Shown: positions 24,546-39,500 of the stretch, piece by piece
Layout: the number at the start of each line of letters is the position of its first letter
Position numbering within the stretch: the stretch's first letter is position 1
Source of the DNA: Macrostomum hystrix
Taxonomy: Eukaryota > Animalia > Platyhelminthes
Length of the DNA: 64,000 bases
Direction of reading: 5' to 3'
Assembly (NCBI GenBank): GCA_950097015.1
Contig: CATNEN010000038.1
Span: 15,562,001-15,626,000 of the forward strand
The notes under the pieces: generated by a model
Told to the model about the DNA's origin: nothing
What the model saw: only the letters and a program-made list of their open reading frames with translations
Databases searched by the model: none
Translations under genes and position numbers: made by a program

Positions 24546-27500
24546 CAGTTCAAACACTCACCCACAGAATCGACAGTTCAAAATCTCACCCGCAGAATCG
24601 ACAGTTCAAAATCTCACCCACAGAATCGACAGTTCAAAATCTCACCCACAGAATCGACAATTCAAAATCCCACCCACAGAATCGACAGTTAAAACTCTCA
24701 CCTACAGAATTGACAATTCAAAATCTCACCTAAAGAATCGACAGTTCAAAATCTCACCTACAGAATTGACAATTCAAAATCTCACCTAAAGAATCGACAG
24801 TTCAAAATCTCACCTACAGAATTGACAATTCAAAATCTCACCTAAAGAATCGACAGTTCAAAATCTCACCTACAGAATTGACAGTTCAAACTCTCACCTA
24901 CAGAATCGACAATTCAAAATCCCACCCACAGAATCGACAGTTCAAACTCTCACCTACAGAATTGACAATTCAAAATCTCACCTAAAGAATCGACAGTTCA
25001 AAATCTCACCTACAGAATTGACAATTCAAAATCTCACCTAAAGAATCGACAGTTCAAAATCTCACCTACAGAATTGACAATTCAAAATCTCACCTAAAGA
25101 ATCGACAGTTCAAAATCTCACCTACAGAATTGACAATTCAAAATCTCACCTAAAGAATCGACAGTTCAAAATCTCACCTACAGAATTGACAATTCAAAAT
25201 CTCACCTACAGAATTGACAATTCAAAATCTCACCTAAAGAATCGACAGTTCAAAATCTCACCTACAGAATTGACAGTTCAAAATCTCACCCACAGAATCG
25301 ACAGTTCGAAATCTCTGCTTAACATTTTCAGAGTAAATAATAAACAAAAAGTTACTATTTTTTTGAGAAAGTGTTTGCTTAGAAAAGCTTAAGCAGAAAT
25401 TTGAAATGACTTGTTCAAAGTTTGTTGCACTCAGTGCATATTTCAGGTGGATATATAATATGTTTGTTTACGAGTATAAATATTAGCTATACTGTAATCT
25501 GGCAATGATCTAATGCTATTTCAGGCAATGAGTGTCGGTGTGTGTACAATTGACAAGCTACTATTTTTACAATAGCTATCGGACGCACAAGCAGCACCAT
25601 GCCTGGTGTAGCTTAAAATGGAAACCAATCATCTTTTTCGACACAATTTAAACAAAACTAATTGAATTGAAACAATGAGATTCTTAAGTGACTTCCATTG
25701 TACGAGTTGTAGTTAAAGAAGATTAAAAATATTAGCTCCTTTAACTAGAAATGTACCAGGTAATGAGGCGAACATTTTCACTCTATAATGTGTAATAATG
25801 AACTCTTTATTACAAAAGTATTAAAAAGTGTAACATACTAACATCAGGATTTAGTAGACAAACATGAGTGTTTAAAAAGGAATAATATTGTAAAATAATC
25901 AAATAATCAATGACTAAAAAACTCTACTTATCGAACAATAAATAAAAGGCTAGCAGATAAGTTTTTAATATGTTGAAATGAACTAAAACCTAGTTGCCAA
26001 GTTTGAAATGAACTCTGAATAAGGCGATTCACATTCTCCCTAAAACATCACAAGGTAAAGAACTCACCCACAGAATCGACAATTCAAAATCCCACCCACA
26101 GAATCGACAGTTCAAACTCTCACCTACAGAATTGACAATTCAAAATCTCACCTAAAGAATCGACAGTTCAAAATCTCACCTACAGAATTGACAATTCAAA
26201 ATCTCACCTAAAGAATCGACAGTTCAAAATCTCACCTACAGAATTGACAATTCAAAATCTCACCTAAAGAATCGACAGTTCAAACACTCACCCACAGAAT
26301 CGACAGTTCAAACACTCACCCACAGAATCGACAGTTCAAAATCTCACCCACAGAATCGACAGTTCAAAATCACTGCTTAACATTTTCAGAGTAAAAAATA
26401 AACAAAAAGTTACTATTTTTTTGAGAAAGTGTTTGCTTAGAAAAGCTTAAGCAGAAATTTGAAATGACTTGTTCAAAGTTTGTTGCACTCAGTGCATATT
26501 TCAGGTGGATATATATTATGTTTGTTTACGAGTATAAATATTAGCTATACTGTAATCTGGCAATGATCTAATGCTATTTCAGGCAATGAGTGTCGGTGTG
26601 TGTACAATTGACAAGCTACTATTTTTACAATAGCTATCGGACGCACAAGCAGCACCATGCCTGGTGTAGCTTAAAATGGAAACCAATCATTTTTTTGACA
26701 CAATTAAACATAACTAATTGAATTGAAACAATGAGATTCTTAAGTGACTTCCATTGTACGAGTTGTAGTTAAAGAAGATTAAAAATATTAGCTCCTTTAA
26801 CTAGAAATGTACCAGGTAATGAGGCGAACATTTTCACTCTATAATGTGTAATAATGAACTCTTTATTACAAAAGTATTAAAAAGTGTAACATACTAACAT
26901 CAGGATTTAGTAGACAAAAATGAGTGTTTAAAAAGGAATAATATTGTAAAATAATCAAATAATCAATGACTAAAAAACTCTACTTATCGAACAAAGAATA
27001 AAAGGCTAGCAGATAAGTTTTTAATATGTTGAAATGAACTAAAACCTAGTTGCCAAGTTTGAAATGAACTCTGAATAAGGCGATTCACATTCTCCCTAAA
27101 ACACCACAAGGTAAAGAACTCACCCACAGAATTGACAATTCAAAATCTCACCCACAGAATCGACAGTTCAAAATCTCACCCACAGAATCGACAGTTCAAA
27201 ATCTCACCCACAGAATCTACAGTTCAAAATCTCACCCACAGAATCGACAGTTCAAAATCTCATAAAGAATCCACAGTTCAAAATCTCACCCACAGAATCG
27301 ACAGTTCAAAATCTCACCCACAGAATCGACAATTCAAAATCTCACCTACAGAATCGACAATTCAAAATCTCACCCACAGAATCGACAGTTCAAAATCTCA
27401 CCCACAGAATCGACAATTCAAAATCCCACCCACAGAATCGACAGTTCAAACTCTCACCTACAGAATTGACAATTCAAAATCTCACCTACAGAATTGACAA

Positions 27501-30500
27501 TTCAAAATCTCACCTAAAGAATCGACAGTTCAAAATCTCACCTACAGAATTGACAATTCAAAATCTCACCTAAAGAATCGACAGTTCAAACTCTCACCTA
27601 CAGAATTGACAATTCAAAATCTCACCTAAAGAATCGACAGTTCAAAATCTCACCTACAGAATTGACAATTCAAAATCTCACCTAAAGAATTGACAATTCA
27701 AAATCTCACCCACAGAATTGACAATTCAAAATCTCACCTACAGAATTGACAATTCAAAATCTCACCTACAGAATTGACAATTCAAAATCTCACCTAAAGA
27801 ATCGACAGTTCAAAATCTCACCTAAAGAATCGACAGTTCAAAATCTCACCTACAGAATTGACAATTCAAAATCTCACCTACAGAATTGACAATTCAAAAT
27901 CTCACCTAAAGAATCGACAGTTCAAAATCTCACCTACAGAATTGACAATTCAAAATCTCACCTAAAGAATCGACAGTTCAAAATCTCACCTACAGAATTG
28001 ACAGTTCAAAATCTCACCCACAGAATCGACAGTTCAAAATCTGAACTAAAGATCGAAAATTAATAATTGCTCAATTAATTCGTACCCCTCGCAAATAATA
28101 TCAAGAATATTAAATATATTTTACATCTCACCTAATAATTCTTGATATAAAAATCTCTGCTTAACATTTTCAGAGTAAAAAAATAAACAAAAAGTTACTA
28201 TTTTTTTGAGAAAGTGTTTGCTTAGAAAAGCTTAAGCAGAAATTTGAAATGACTTGTTCAAAGTTTGTTGCACTCAGTGCATATTTCAGGTGGATATATA
28301 TTATGTTTGTTTACGAGTATAAATATTAGCTATACTGTAATCTGGCAATGATCTAATGCTATTTCAGGCAATGAGTGTCGGTGTGTGTACAATTGACAAG
28401 CTACTATTTTTACAATAGCTATCGGACGCACAAGCAGCACCATGCCTGGTGTAGCTTAAAAAGGAAACCAATCATCTTTTTCGACACAATTTAAACAAAA
28501 CTAATTGAATTGAAACAATGAGATTCTTAAGTGACTTCCATTGTACGAGTTGTAGTTAAAGAAGATTAAAAATATTTGCTCCTTTAACTAGAAATGTACC
28601 AGGTAATGAGGCGAACATTTTCACTCTATAATGTGTAATAATGAACTCTTTATTACAAAAGTATTAAAAAGTGTAACATACTAACATCAGGATTTAGTAG
28701 ACAAAAATGAGTGTTTAAAAAGGAATAATATTGTAAAATAATCAAATAATCAATGACTAAAAAACTCTACTTATCGAACAAAGAATAAAAGGCTAGCAGA
28801 TAAGTTTTTAATATGTTGAAATGAACTAAAACCTAGTTGCCAAGTTTGAAATGAACTCTGAATAAGGCGATTCACATTCTCCCTAAAACACCACAAGGTA
28901 AAGAACTCAACGACAGAATCGACAATTCAAAATCTCACCCACAGAATCGACAGTTCAAAATCTCACCCACAGAATCGACAATTCAAAATCTCACCTACAG
29001 AATCGACAATTCAAAATCTCACCCACAGAATCGACAGTTCAAAATCTCACCCACAGAATCGACAGTTCAAAATCTCACCCACAGCTAGAATTGACAATTC
29101 AAAATATCACCAATAGAATCGACAATTCAAAATCTAAACCACAGAATCGACAATTCAAAATCTCACCTACAGAATCGACAATTCAAAATCTCACACACAG
29201 AATCGACAGTTCAAAATCTCACCCACAGAATCGACAGTTCAAACTCTCACCTACAGAATCGGAGTTCAAAATCTCACCCACAGAATCGACAATTCAAAAT
29301 CTCACACGCAGAATCGACAGTTCAAAATCTCACCCACAGCTAGAATTGACAATTCAAAATCTCACCAATAGAATCGACAATTCAAAATCTAAACTACAGA
29401 ATCGACAGTTCAAAATCTCACCCACAGAATCGACAGTTCAAACTCTCACCCACAGAATCGACAGTTCAAAATCTCACCCACAGACTTGACAATTCAAATT
29501 CTCACCAACAGAATCGACAGTTAAAAATCTCACCCACAGAATCGACAGTTCCAAATTTAAAATATTTGAATAATTTACAATTAAAAATCACACCTAACAA
29601 ATTGACAATTCAAAATCACCCGCACAGAATCGACAGTTCAAAATCTAAACTACAGAATCGACAGTTCAAAATCTAAACTACAGAATCGACAGTTCAAAAT
29701 CTAAACTACAGAATCGACAGTTCAAAATCTAAACTACAGAATCGACAGTTCAAAATCTAAACTACAGAATCGACAGTTCAAAATCTCAACCACAGAATTG
29801 ACAATTCAAAATCTCAACCACAGAATTGACAATTCAAAATCTCAACCACAGAATCGAGTATTCAAAATCTCACCCACAGAATTGACAATTCAAAATCTCA
29901 CCTACAGAATTGACAATTCAAAATCTCACCCACAGAATTGACAATTCAAAATCTCAACCACAGAATTGACAATTCAAAATCTTAACCACAGAATCTACAA
30001 TTCAAAATCTCACCCACAGAATCGACAGTTCAAAATCTCACCTACAGAATTGACAGTTCAAAATCTCACCCACAGAATCGACAGTTCAAAATCTGAACTA
30101 AAGATCGAAAATTAATAATTGCTCAATTAATTCGTACCCCTCGCAAATAATATCAAGAATATTAAATATATTTTACATCTCACCTAATAATTCTTGATAT
30201 AAAAATCTCTGCTTAACATTTTCAGAGTAAAAAATAAACAAAAAGTTACTATTTTTTTGAGAAAGTGTTTGCTTAGAAAAGCTTAAGCAGAAATTTGAAA
30301 TGACTTGTTCAAAGTTTGTTGCACTCAGTGCATATTTCAGGTGGATATATATTATGTTTGTTTACGAGTATAAATATTAGCTATACTGTAATCTGGCAAT
30401 GATCTAATGCTATTTCAGGCAATGAGTGTCGGTGTGTGTACAATTGACAAGCTACTATTTTTACAATAGCTATCGGACGCACAAGCAGCACCATGCCTGG

Positions 30501-33436
30501 TGTAGCTTAAAATGGAAACCAATCATCTTTTTCGACACAATTTAAACAAAACTAATTGAATTGAAACAATGAGATTCTTAAGTGACTTCCATTGTACGAG
30601 TTGTAGTTAAAGAAGATTAAAAATATTAGCTCCTTTAACTAGAAATGTACCAGGTAATGAGGCGAACATTTTCACTCTATAATGTGTAATAATGAACTCT
30701 TTATTACAAAAGTATTAAAAAGTGTAACATACTAACATCAGGATTTAGTAGACAAAAATGAGTGTTTAAAAAGGAATAATATTGTAAAATAATCAAATAA
30801 TCAATGACTAAAAAACTCTACTTATCGAACAAAGAATAAAAGGCTAGCAGATAAGTTTTTAATATGTTGAAATGAACTAAAACCTAGTTGCCAAGTTTGA
30901 AATGAACTCTGAATAAGGCGATTCACATTCTCCCTAAAACACCACAAGGTAAAGAACTCACCCACAGAATTGACAATTCAAAATCTCACCCACAGAATCG
31001 ACAGTTCAAAATCTCACCCACAGAATCGACAGTTCAAAATCTCACCCACAGAATCTACAGTTCAAAATCTCACCCACAGAATCGACAGTTCAAAATCTCA
31101 TAAAGAATCCACAGTTCAAAATCTCACCCACAGAATCGACAGTTCGAAATCTCACCCACAGAATCGACAGTTCAAAATCTCATAAAGAATCCACAGTTCA
31201 AAATCTCACCCACAGAATCGACAGTTCGAAATCTCACCCACAGAATCGACAGTTCAAAATCTCATAAAGAATCCACAGTTCAAAATCTCACCCACAGAAT
31301 CGACAATTCAAAATCTCACCCACAGAATCGACAATTAAAAATCCCACCCACAGAATCGACAGTTCAAAATCTCACCCACAGAATCGACAATTCAAAATCC
31401 CACCCACAGAATCGACAGTTCAAACTCTCACCTACAGAATTGACAATTCAAAATCTCACCTAAAGAATCGACAGTTCAAAATCTCACCTACAGAATTGAC
31501 AATTCAAAATCTCACCTAAAGAATCGACAGTTCAAAATCTCACCTACAGAATTGACAATTCAAAATCTCACCTAAAGAATCGACAGTTCAAAATCTCACC
31601 TACAGAATTGACAATTCAAAATCTCACCTAAAGAATCGACAGTTCAAAATCTCACCTACAGAATTGACAATTCAAAATCTCACCTACAGAATTGACAATT
31701 CAAAATCTCACCTAAAGAATCGACAGTTCAAAATCTCACCTACAGAATTGACAGTTCAAAATCTCACCCACAGAATCGACAGTTCGAAATCTCTGCTTAA
31801 CATTTTCAGAGTAAATAATAAACAAAAAGTTACTATTTTTTTGAGAAAGTGTTTGCTTAGAAAAGCTTAAGCAGAAATTTGAAATGACTTGTTCAAAGTT
31901 TGTTGCACTCAGTGCATATTTCAGGTGGATATATAATATGTTTGTTTACGAGTATAAATATTAGCTATACTGTAATCTGGCAATGATCTAATGCTATTTC
32001 AGGCAATGAGTGTCGGTGTGTGTACAATTGACAAGCTACTATTTTTACAATAGCTATCGGACGCACAAGCAGCACCATGCCTGGTGTAGCTTAAAATGGA
32101 AACCAATCATCTTTTTCGACACAATTTAAACATAACTAATTGAATTGAAACAATGAGATTCTTAAGTGACTTCCATTGTACGAGTTGTAGTTAAAGAAGA
32201 TTAAAAATATTAGCTCCTTTAACTAGAAATGTACCAGGTAATGAGGCGAACATTTTCACTCTATAATGCGTAATAATGAACTCTTTATTACAAAAGTAGT
32301 AAAAAGTGTAATATACTAACATCAGGATTTAGTAGACATAAATGAGTGTTTAAAAAGGAAAAATATTGTAAAACAATCAAATAATCAATGACTAAAAAAC
32401 TCTACTTATCGAACAAAGAATAAAAGGCTAGCAGATAAGTTTTTAATATGTTGAAATGAACTAAAACCTAGTTGCCAAGTTTGAAATGAACTCTGAATAA
32501 GGCGATTCACATTCTCCCTAAAACATCACAAGGTAAAGAACTCAACGACAGAATCGACAATTCAAAATCTCACCCACAGAATCGACAGTTCAAAATCTCA
32601 CCCACAGAATCGACAATTCAAAATCTCACCCACAGAATCGACAATTCAAAATCTCACCCACAGCATTGACAATTCAAAATCTCACCCACAGCATTGACAA
32701 TTCAAAATCTCACCTACAGAATCGACAGTTCAAAATCTCACCTACAGAATCGAAAGTTCAAACTCTCACCTACAGAATCTACAGTTCAAACTCTCACCTA
32801 CAGAATCGACAGTTCAAACTCTCACCTACAGAATCGACAGTTCAAACTCTCACCCACAGAATCGACAGTTCAAAATCTCACCTACAGAATCGACAGTTCA
32901 AAATCTCATAAAGAATCGACAGTTCAAACTCTCACCCACAGAATCGACAGTTCAAACTCTCACCTACAGAATCGACAGTTCAAACTCTCATAAAGAATCG
33001 ACAGTTCAAACTCTCACCCACAGAATCGACAGTTCAAAATCTCATAAAGAATCGACAGTTCAAACTCTCACCCACAGAATCGACAGTTCAAAATCTCATA
33101 AAGAATCGACAGTTCAAACTCTCACCCACAGAATCGACAGTTCAAACTCTCACCCACAGAATCGACAGTTCAAACTCTCATAAAGAATCGACAGTTCAAA
33201 CTCTCACCCACAGAATCGACAGTTCAAAATCTCATAAAGAATCGACAGTTCAAACTCTCACCTACAGAATCGACAGTTCAAACTCTCACCTACAGAATCG
33301 ACAGTTCAAACTCTCACCTACAGAATCGACAGTTCAAACTCTCACCTACAGAATCGACAGTTCAAACTCTCACCTACAGAATCGACAATTCCAAATCTCA
33401 ACTGCAGAATCGAAAGTTCAAAATCTCACCCACAGA
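24546..33436. repeat. Higher-order tandem repeat: six arrays of a 28-bp unit (CACAGAATCGACAGTTCAAAATCTCACC) alternating with five near-identical ~745-bp AT-rich units
   Basis: Long units at ~25316-26062, 26374-27118, 28158-28905, 30210-30956 and 31794-32540. Units 3 and 4 carry an extra ~115-bp 5' segment. Confidence 0.95.
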
Positions 33437-33561
33437 TTAGTCGATAAAAAATTTATAGTGTTACTAAAAACGAAAAGTTAGGAATTCATATCAGTTTAAG
33501 CAGAAACCAAATAAAAAATGGCAAAATAAAAAAGGAAAGCAATGAATTCCCGGCAGTGTCA

Positions 33562-36500
33562 CTAATACTGTCGCTGGCCTCGCTTGTGCCATTTCATAAC
33601 AGCGCCGGAGTCAATGCGGATCTTAATACTGGCGCCCTCGGCCACCTGAACAGTCTGCGCCACGGCATCCATCAGAGCCTTGGCATTGCCAACTAGCATC
33701 TCGGTGGCTTCCATGTCGTCTTCTGGATCTGCGTAATTTTGAAACACAATATTGTCAAACGAGTTTGCCTCTCATTCATTTGGGGCGCAGCCACGGAGAG
33801 AAGGCTTGAAGGCTTGTCGTGCAATTTACGCCCTTGAGGGCCAAACTCAGTCAGGTCAGATGTTGACACCTGTGTGAGCGCGTGTGCCTGCGTACAGTAT
33901 CTGTGTGCGTGTGTGCTCAGGAGTCAGCGGAATGGGCAGAATTGCCTCCTCGCTGGCTGCGGGTCTAGTGTCACCAGATGATGTGCCATTGCCGGCAGCC
34001 CTACTGATAAGATAAACGTTGATTTCGATAAGCTGGGATTCGGATTTCTTGGGAATTCGATTGATTTGGGAATACTTTTTTCGGGATTTAGATTTCAGTT
34101 ATTCGGGATTAGTTAGAGAACATTACTGAGAAAATGCTGTGCTCAAATTAGACTTTAAATTATGTGCAGTGTAACAAATGTAGCGAGTTTATTGTTGTAA
34201 AGTTATTCATATAAGTATGAAAACATCTTTCATGTACATTTGTACATGAAAAACCTGATGCTACAAATGATTGTACTTATAAGTGTCCGAATAATATTTT
34301 CTGATAAACACAAAATAAGAAGCAGCAAAATAAAAAATGTTGCGATACTGGTTCTAAAGCCAAGGTTTAAGAAAAGTATAAAACAGGTTGTCTGTTAATT
34401 TGGCGTTACTCTCAAAATATAAACGATACCTAAACTGTAAAGAATGAACTAAAAAATAGTTTAATTAGAAAACTCACTATAAGCACCAGGTGGATCACTT
34501 TCTGTTAAGGTTGCATTTTGATTTCACATTTTATTAAATGTAATACTCTTGCTGCTTTTTGATTATTTGGTTGGTAGGACAAGAGAAGCAGTTAACACCG
34601 AGGCTATATGGATCGAGGCATGTACTTTTTATAAGGTATGAAACAAAATTTGCTAGCTTAATAGCAGCTAACAGCTAAAGAAACAAAATAAACAAAAACG
34701 GATGGTTAATTTTCTATAGCTCCATTTACCAGCAGCGAGTTCAGAGTGTACTTAAGGGGTGAGGGTCTGTCTATAGCGAGTGTACATTAGGGGTGAGGGT
34801 CGGTCTATAGCTAGTGTACATTAGGGGTGAGGATCGGTCTATAGCGAGTGTACATTAGGGGTGAGGGTCGGTCTATAGCGAGTGTACATTAGGGGTGAGG
34901 GTCGGTCTATAGCGAGTGTACATTGGGTGTACACTAATTGTGCATTAGGGGTGAGGGTTGGACTAGAGCGAGTGTACATTAGGGGTGAGGGTCGGTCTAG
35001 AGCGAGTGTACATTAGGTGTACACTAATTGTACATTAGGGGTGAGGGTTGGACTAGAGCGAGTGCACATTAGGGGTGAGGGTCGGTCTAGAGCAAGCGTA
35101 CATTGGGTGTACATTTAGGGTTTGACTTTTTCAGCTAAATTAAACAGCGTTCTGCAATCTAAATAGGAGGCAATGCGCTTAATAAAACGAATGGACGATA
35201 ACAGTGATAATTTGATAACTACCAAGTAATTTCTGTACTAGTGGCTCAGTAAACAAAACAACAGATAAATAGTTGTCTTTCTATCGTTTTATCTATGCAA
35301 TCGGCAGTCTTCACCTTTCGCACTTATTTTTCCGGGTGCCCCGTGCTCAAACACAGAACAGTTGTAAATAGGTGGTAAATAAGGTGTGACAGTGTCCTGT
35401 ACTGCTACTGCCATGCCCGCTAGAGAAAAAAAATACTTGTGAAACAAAAATCAAAAGGCCAGACATTGAAAAGCCAGAGATGTTATAAAAATTTTTCAAT
35501 CTAAAACAACAGGGATAGCAGCTTATATAACAGTAAAGAATGCTGGGTTTACAAAATTATCCTCACTGTACTCTTTGCCGAATCTGAACGGTAGGCAGGC
35601 CACAGAGCAACCCTTGGGCTTGGCTGATTGTTTTGGGAAGAATTTCAGGGGGATCAGCATTTTTATGTAAATCATTCTCAGTTGGACTATGTTTCAGTGC
35701 GTAAAAGACAGATGTTAGATAACAGAAGTTTGATATTGAAACGCGTCGAAATTTATAATTACCAAGAAATCTTTGGTATTTGATAATTGCTAACGATAAT
35801 TACCATTTGATTATTGCCACTTTTTATCTGTTTATATCTGACGTTTGGTATCAGACACTGGGTATCAGACACTGGGTATCAGACACTGGGTATCTGACAC
35901 TGGGTATCTGACACTAGCTATCTGACACTAGGCATCTGACACTGGATATCTGACACTAGCTATCTGACACTGGGTAGCTGACACTGGGTATCTGACACTG
36001 GGTATCTGACACTGGGTAGCTGGCACTGGGTATCTGACACTAGCTATCTGACACTGAGTATCTGACACTAGCTATCTGACACTGCGTATCTGACACTGGG
36101 TAGCTGGCACTGGGTATCTGACACTAGCTATCTGACACTGAGTATCTGACACTAGCTATCTGACACTGGGTATCTGACACTAGCTATCTGACACTGGGTA
36201 TCTGACACTAGCTATCTGACACTGGGTATCTGGCACTAGCTATCTGACACTGGGTATCTGGCACTAGCTATCTGACACTGGGTATCTGACACTAGCTATC
36301 TGACACTGGGTATCTGACACTGCGTATCTGACACTGCGTATCTGACACTAGCTATCTGACACTGGGTATCTGACACTAGCTATCTGACACTGGGTAGCTG
36401 ACACTGGGTATCTGACACTGGGTATCTGACACTGGGTAGCTGGCACTGGGTATCTGACACTAGCTATCTGACACTAGCTATCTGACACTGCGTATCTGAC

Positions 36501-39500
36501 ACTGGGTATCTGACACTAGCTATCTGACATTGGGTATCTGACACTAGCTATCTGACACTGGGTATCTGACACTAGCTATCTGACACTGGGTATCTGACAC
36601 TAGCTATCTGACACTGAGTATCTGACACTGCGTATCTGAAACTGCGTATCTGACACTAGCTATCTGACACTGGGTATCTGACACTGGGTATCTGACACTA
36701 GCTATCTGACACTGGGTATCTGACACTAGGTATCTGACACTGTGTATCTGACACTGCGTATCTGACACTAGCTATCTGACATTGGGTCTCTGACACTAGC
36801 TATCTGACACTGGGTATCTGACACTGCGTATCTGACACTAGCTATCTGACATTGGGTATCTGACACTAGCTATCTGACACTGGGTATCTGACACTAGCTA
36901 TCTGACACAGGGTATCTGACACTAGCTATCTGACACTGGGTATCTGACACTAGCTATCTGACACTGAGTATCTGACACTAGATATCTGACACTGGGTATC
37001 TGACACTAGGTATCTGACACTGAGTATCTGACACTAGATATCTGACACTGGGTATCTGACACTAGGTATCTGACACTGCGTATCTGACACTGCGTATCTG
37101 ACACTAGCTATCTGACATTGGGTATCTGACACTAGCTATATGACACAGGGTATCTAGCTATCTGACACTGCGTATCTGACACTAGCTATCTGACACTAGC
37201 TATCTGACACTGGGTATCTGACACTAGCTATCTGACACTGGGTATCTGACACTGCGTATCTGACACTGAGTATCTGACACTAACTAGCTATAGTTGCTTA
37301 ACGCAACTTGGACAAAAAATCAAAACCTGAAAGTGAAACATTTATTTGAAATGTTGAAGGTTGAAAAAAACTCTTTTAAATGCCAAATAAAAAACACAAA
37401 AAGCATGTCGAGAGACACACATTGCTGAGATTAGCTTATTAAAAATATGTTCTCATGCCATCTAAATAGCAATATAAGAACTTCAGAAACTTCATTTCGC
37501 AATTTTTATGAAAAATCAAACCCCAAATAGATTGCCAATCCTGGATCTCATGCTTATTGGTTACTGGTTGGTTACTGGATGCAAAAACATTTGCGTAAAA
37601 TAGCATAGAGTTTTTTTGTAAATATAAGTTGTCAATTAATTAATCAATAGAGCAAACAATCCTACTATGAGTAGAAATACATGTATTGTCTATTATAAAT
37701 TAACACATGCATTTTCCAAATTTTTTGCATGACAAGCGTGCGAGAGATTGTTTTTTTACCATCCGGGCTGTCAGGTTTAATTATTTGATTCTGCATCAAA
37801 TGCTGCCGTTCCGCCTCTTGACAATTAAGGAAAGAATTAAGCCACATTATTTTATTACATAAAAAACTAGAATCATTAGTAAGCGAAGCGAATAGTACAA
37901 AATCTAAATACAATGGAGTGCTAATCGCAAAATCTATGAAAACTATTTTGGTGATTTTTAAACATGTTTTTCTTACCTCCAAGCATTGTTGTGGCTTTAA
38001 CGGCGGTCAAAATCTTCAACTGAGTGCCGATTGTGGGAATCTTCTGGCAGGCTCTGAGTAGTGACTGCAAAGACAATTTGTACACTAAGAGATTGAAGAT
38101 TTATAGCTTGACAAATATGTTCCAATACTATACTTATATAATATACACGCAATAATTACTGTCTCTTATTTTCACTCATCACATCTATTATCTTCCCAGA
38201 TTTCATCTATTATCTTCCCAGATTCCATCTATTATCTTCCCTGATTTCATCTATTATCTTCCCTGATTCCATCTATTATCTTCCCAGATTCTATCTATTA
38301 TCTTCCCAGATTCCATCTATTATCTTCCCAGATTCCATCTATTATCTTCCCAGATTTCATCTATTATCTTCCCTGATTCCATCTATTATCTTCCCAGATT
38401 CTATCTATTATCTTCCCAGATTCCATCTATTATCTTCCCTAATCCAATCTATTATCTTCCCAGATTCCATCTATTATCTTACCAGATTCCATCTATTATC
38501 TTCCTTAATCCCATCTATCTTGTTCCCAGATTCTATCTATTGTCTTCCCAGATTCCATCTATTATCTTCCCTGATTCCATCTATTATCTTCCCAGATTCT
38601 ATCTATTATCTTCCCAGATTCCATCTATTATCTTCCCAGATTCTATCTATTATCTTTCCAGATTCTATCTATTATCTTCCCAGATTCCATCTATTATCTT
38701 CCCTAATCCAATCTATTATCTTCCCTAATTCCATCTATTATCTTCCCTGATTCCATCTATTATCTTCCCAGATTCTATCTATTATCTTCCCAGATTCCAT
38801 CTATTATCTTCCCTAATCCAATCTATTATCTTCCCAGATTCCATCTATTATCTTCCCTGATTCCATCTATTATCTTTCCAGATTCTATCTATTATCTTCC
38901 CAGATTCCATCTATTATCTTCCCTAATCCAATCTATTATCTTCCCTAATTCCATCTATTATCTTCCCTGATTCCATCTATTATCTTCCCAGATTCCATCT
39001 ATTATCTTCCCAGATTCCATCTATTATCTTCCCAGATTCCATCTATTATCTTCCCTGATTCCATCTATTATCTTCCCTGATTCCATCTATTATCTTCCCA
39101 GATTCCATCTATTATCTTCCCAGATTCCATCTATTATCTTCCCTAATCCAATCTATTATCTTCCCTAATTCCATCTATTATCTTCCCTGATTCCATCTAT
39201 TATCTTCCCAGATTCCATCTATTATCTTCCCTGATTCCATCTATTATCTTCCCAGATTCCATCTATTATCTTCCCAGATTCCATCTATTATCTTCCCTGA
39301 TTCCATCTATTATCTTCCCTGATTCCATCTATTATCTTCCCAGATTCTATATATTATCTTCCCTAATCCAATCTATTATCTTCCCAGATCCCATCTATTA
39401 TCTTCCCTGATCCCATCTAATTTCTTCCCAGATCCCATCTATTATCTTCCCAGATCCCATCTATTATCTTCCCAGATCCCATCTATTATCTTCCCAGATT

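Noticed and set aside
24546-33436. CRISPR-like array (28-bp repeats with 'spacers')
   Set aside because: Repeats are head-to-tail without unique spacers, the long inserts are near-identical copies, there are no cas genes, and the context is eukaryotic.
34735-35115. Interstitial telomere (TTAGGG)
   Set aside because: Only one TTAGGG per 34-bp unit, not tandem hexamers.
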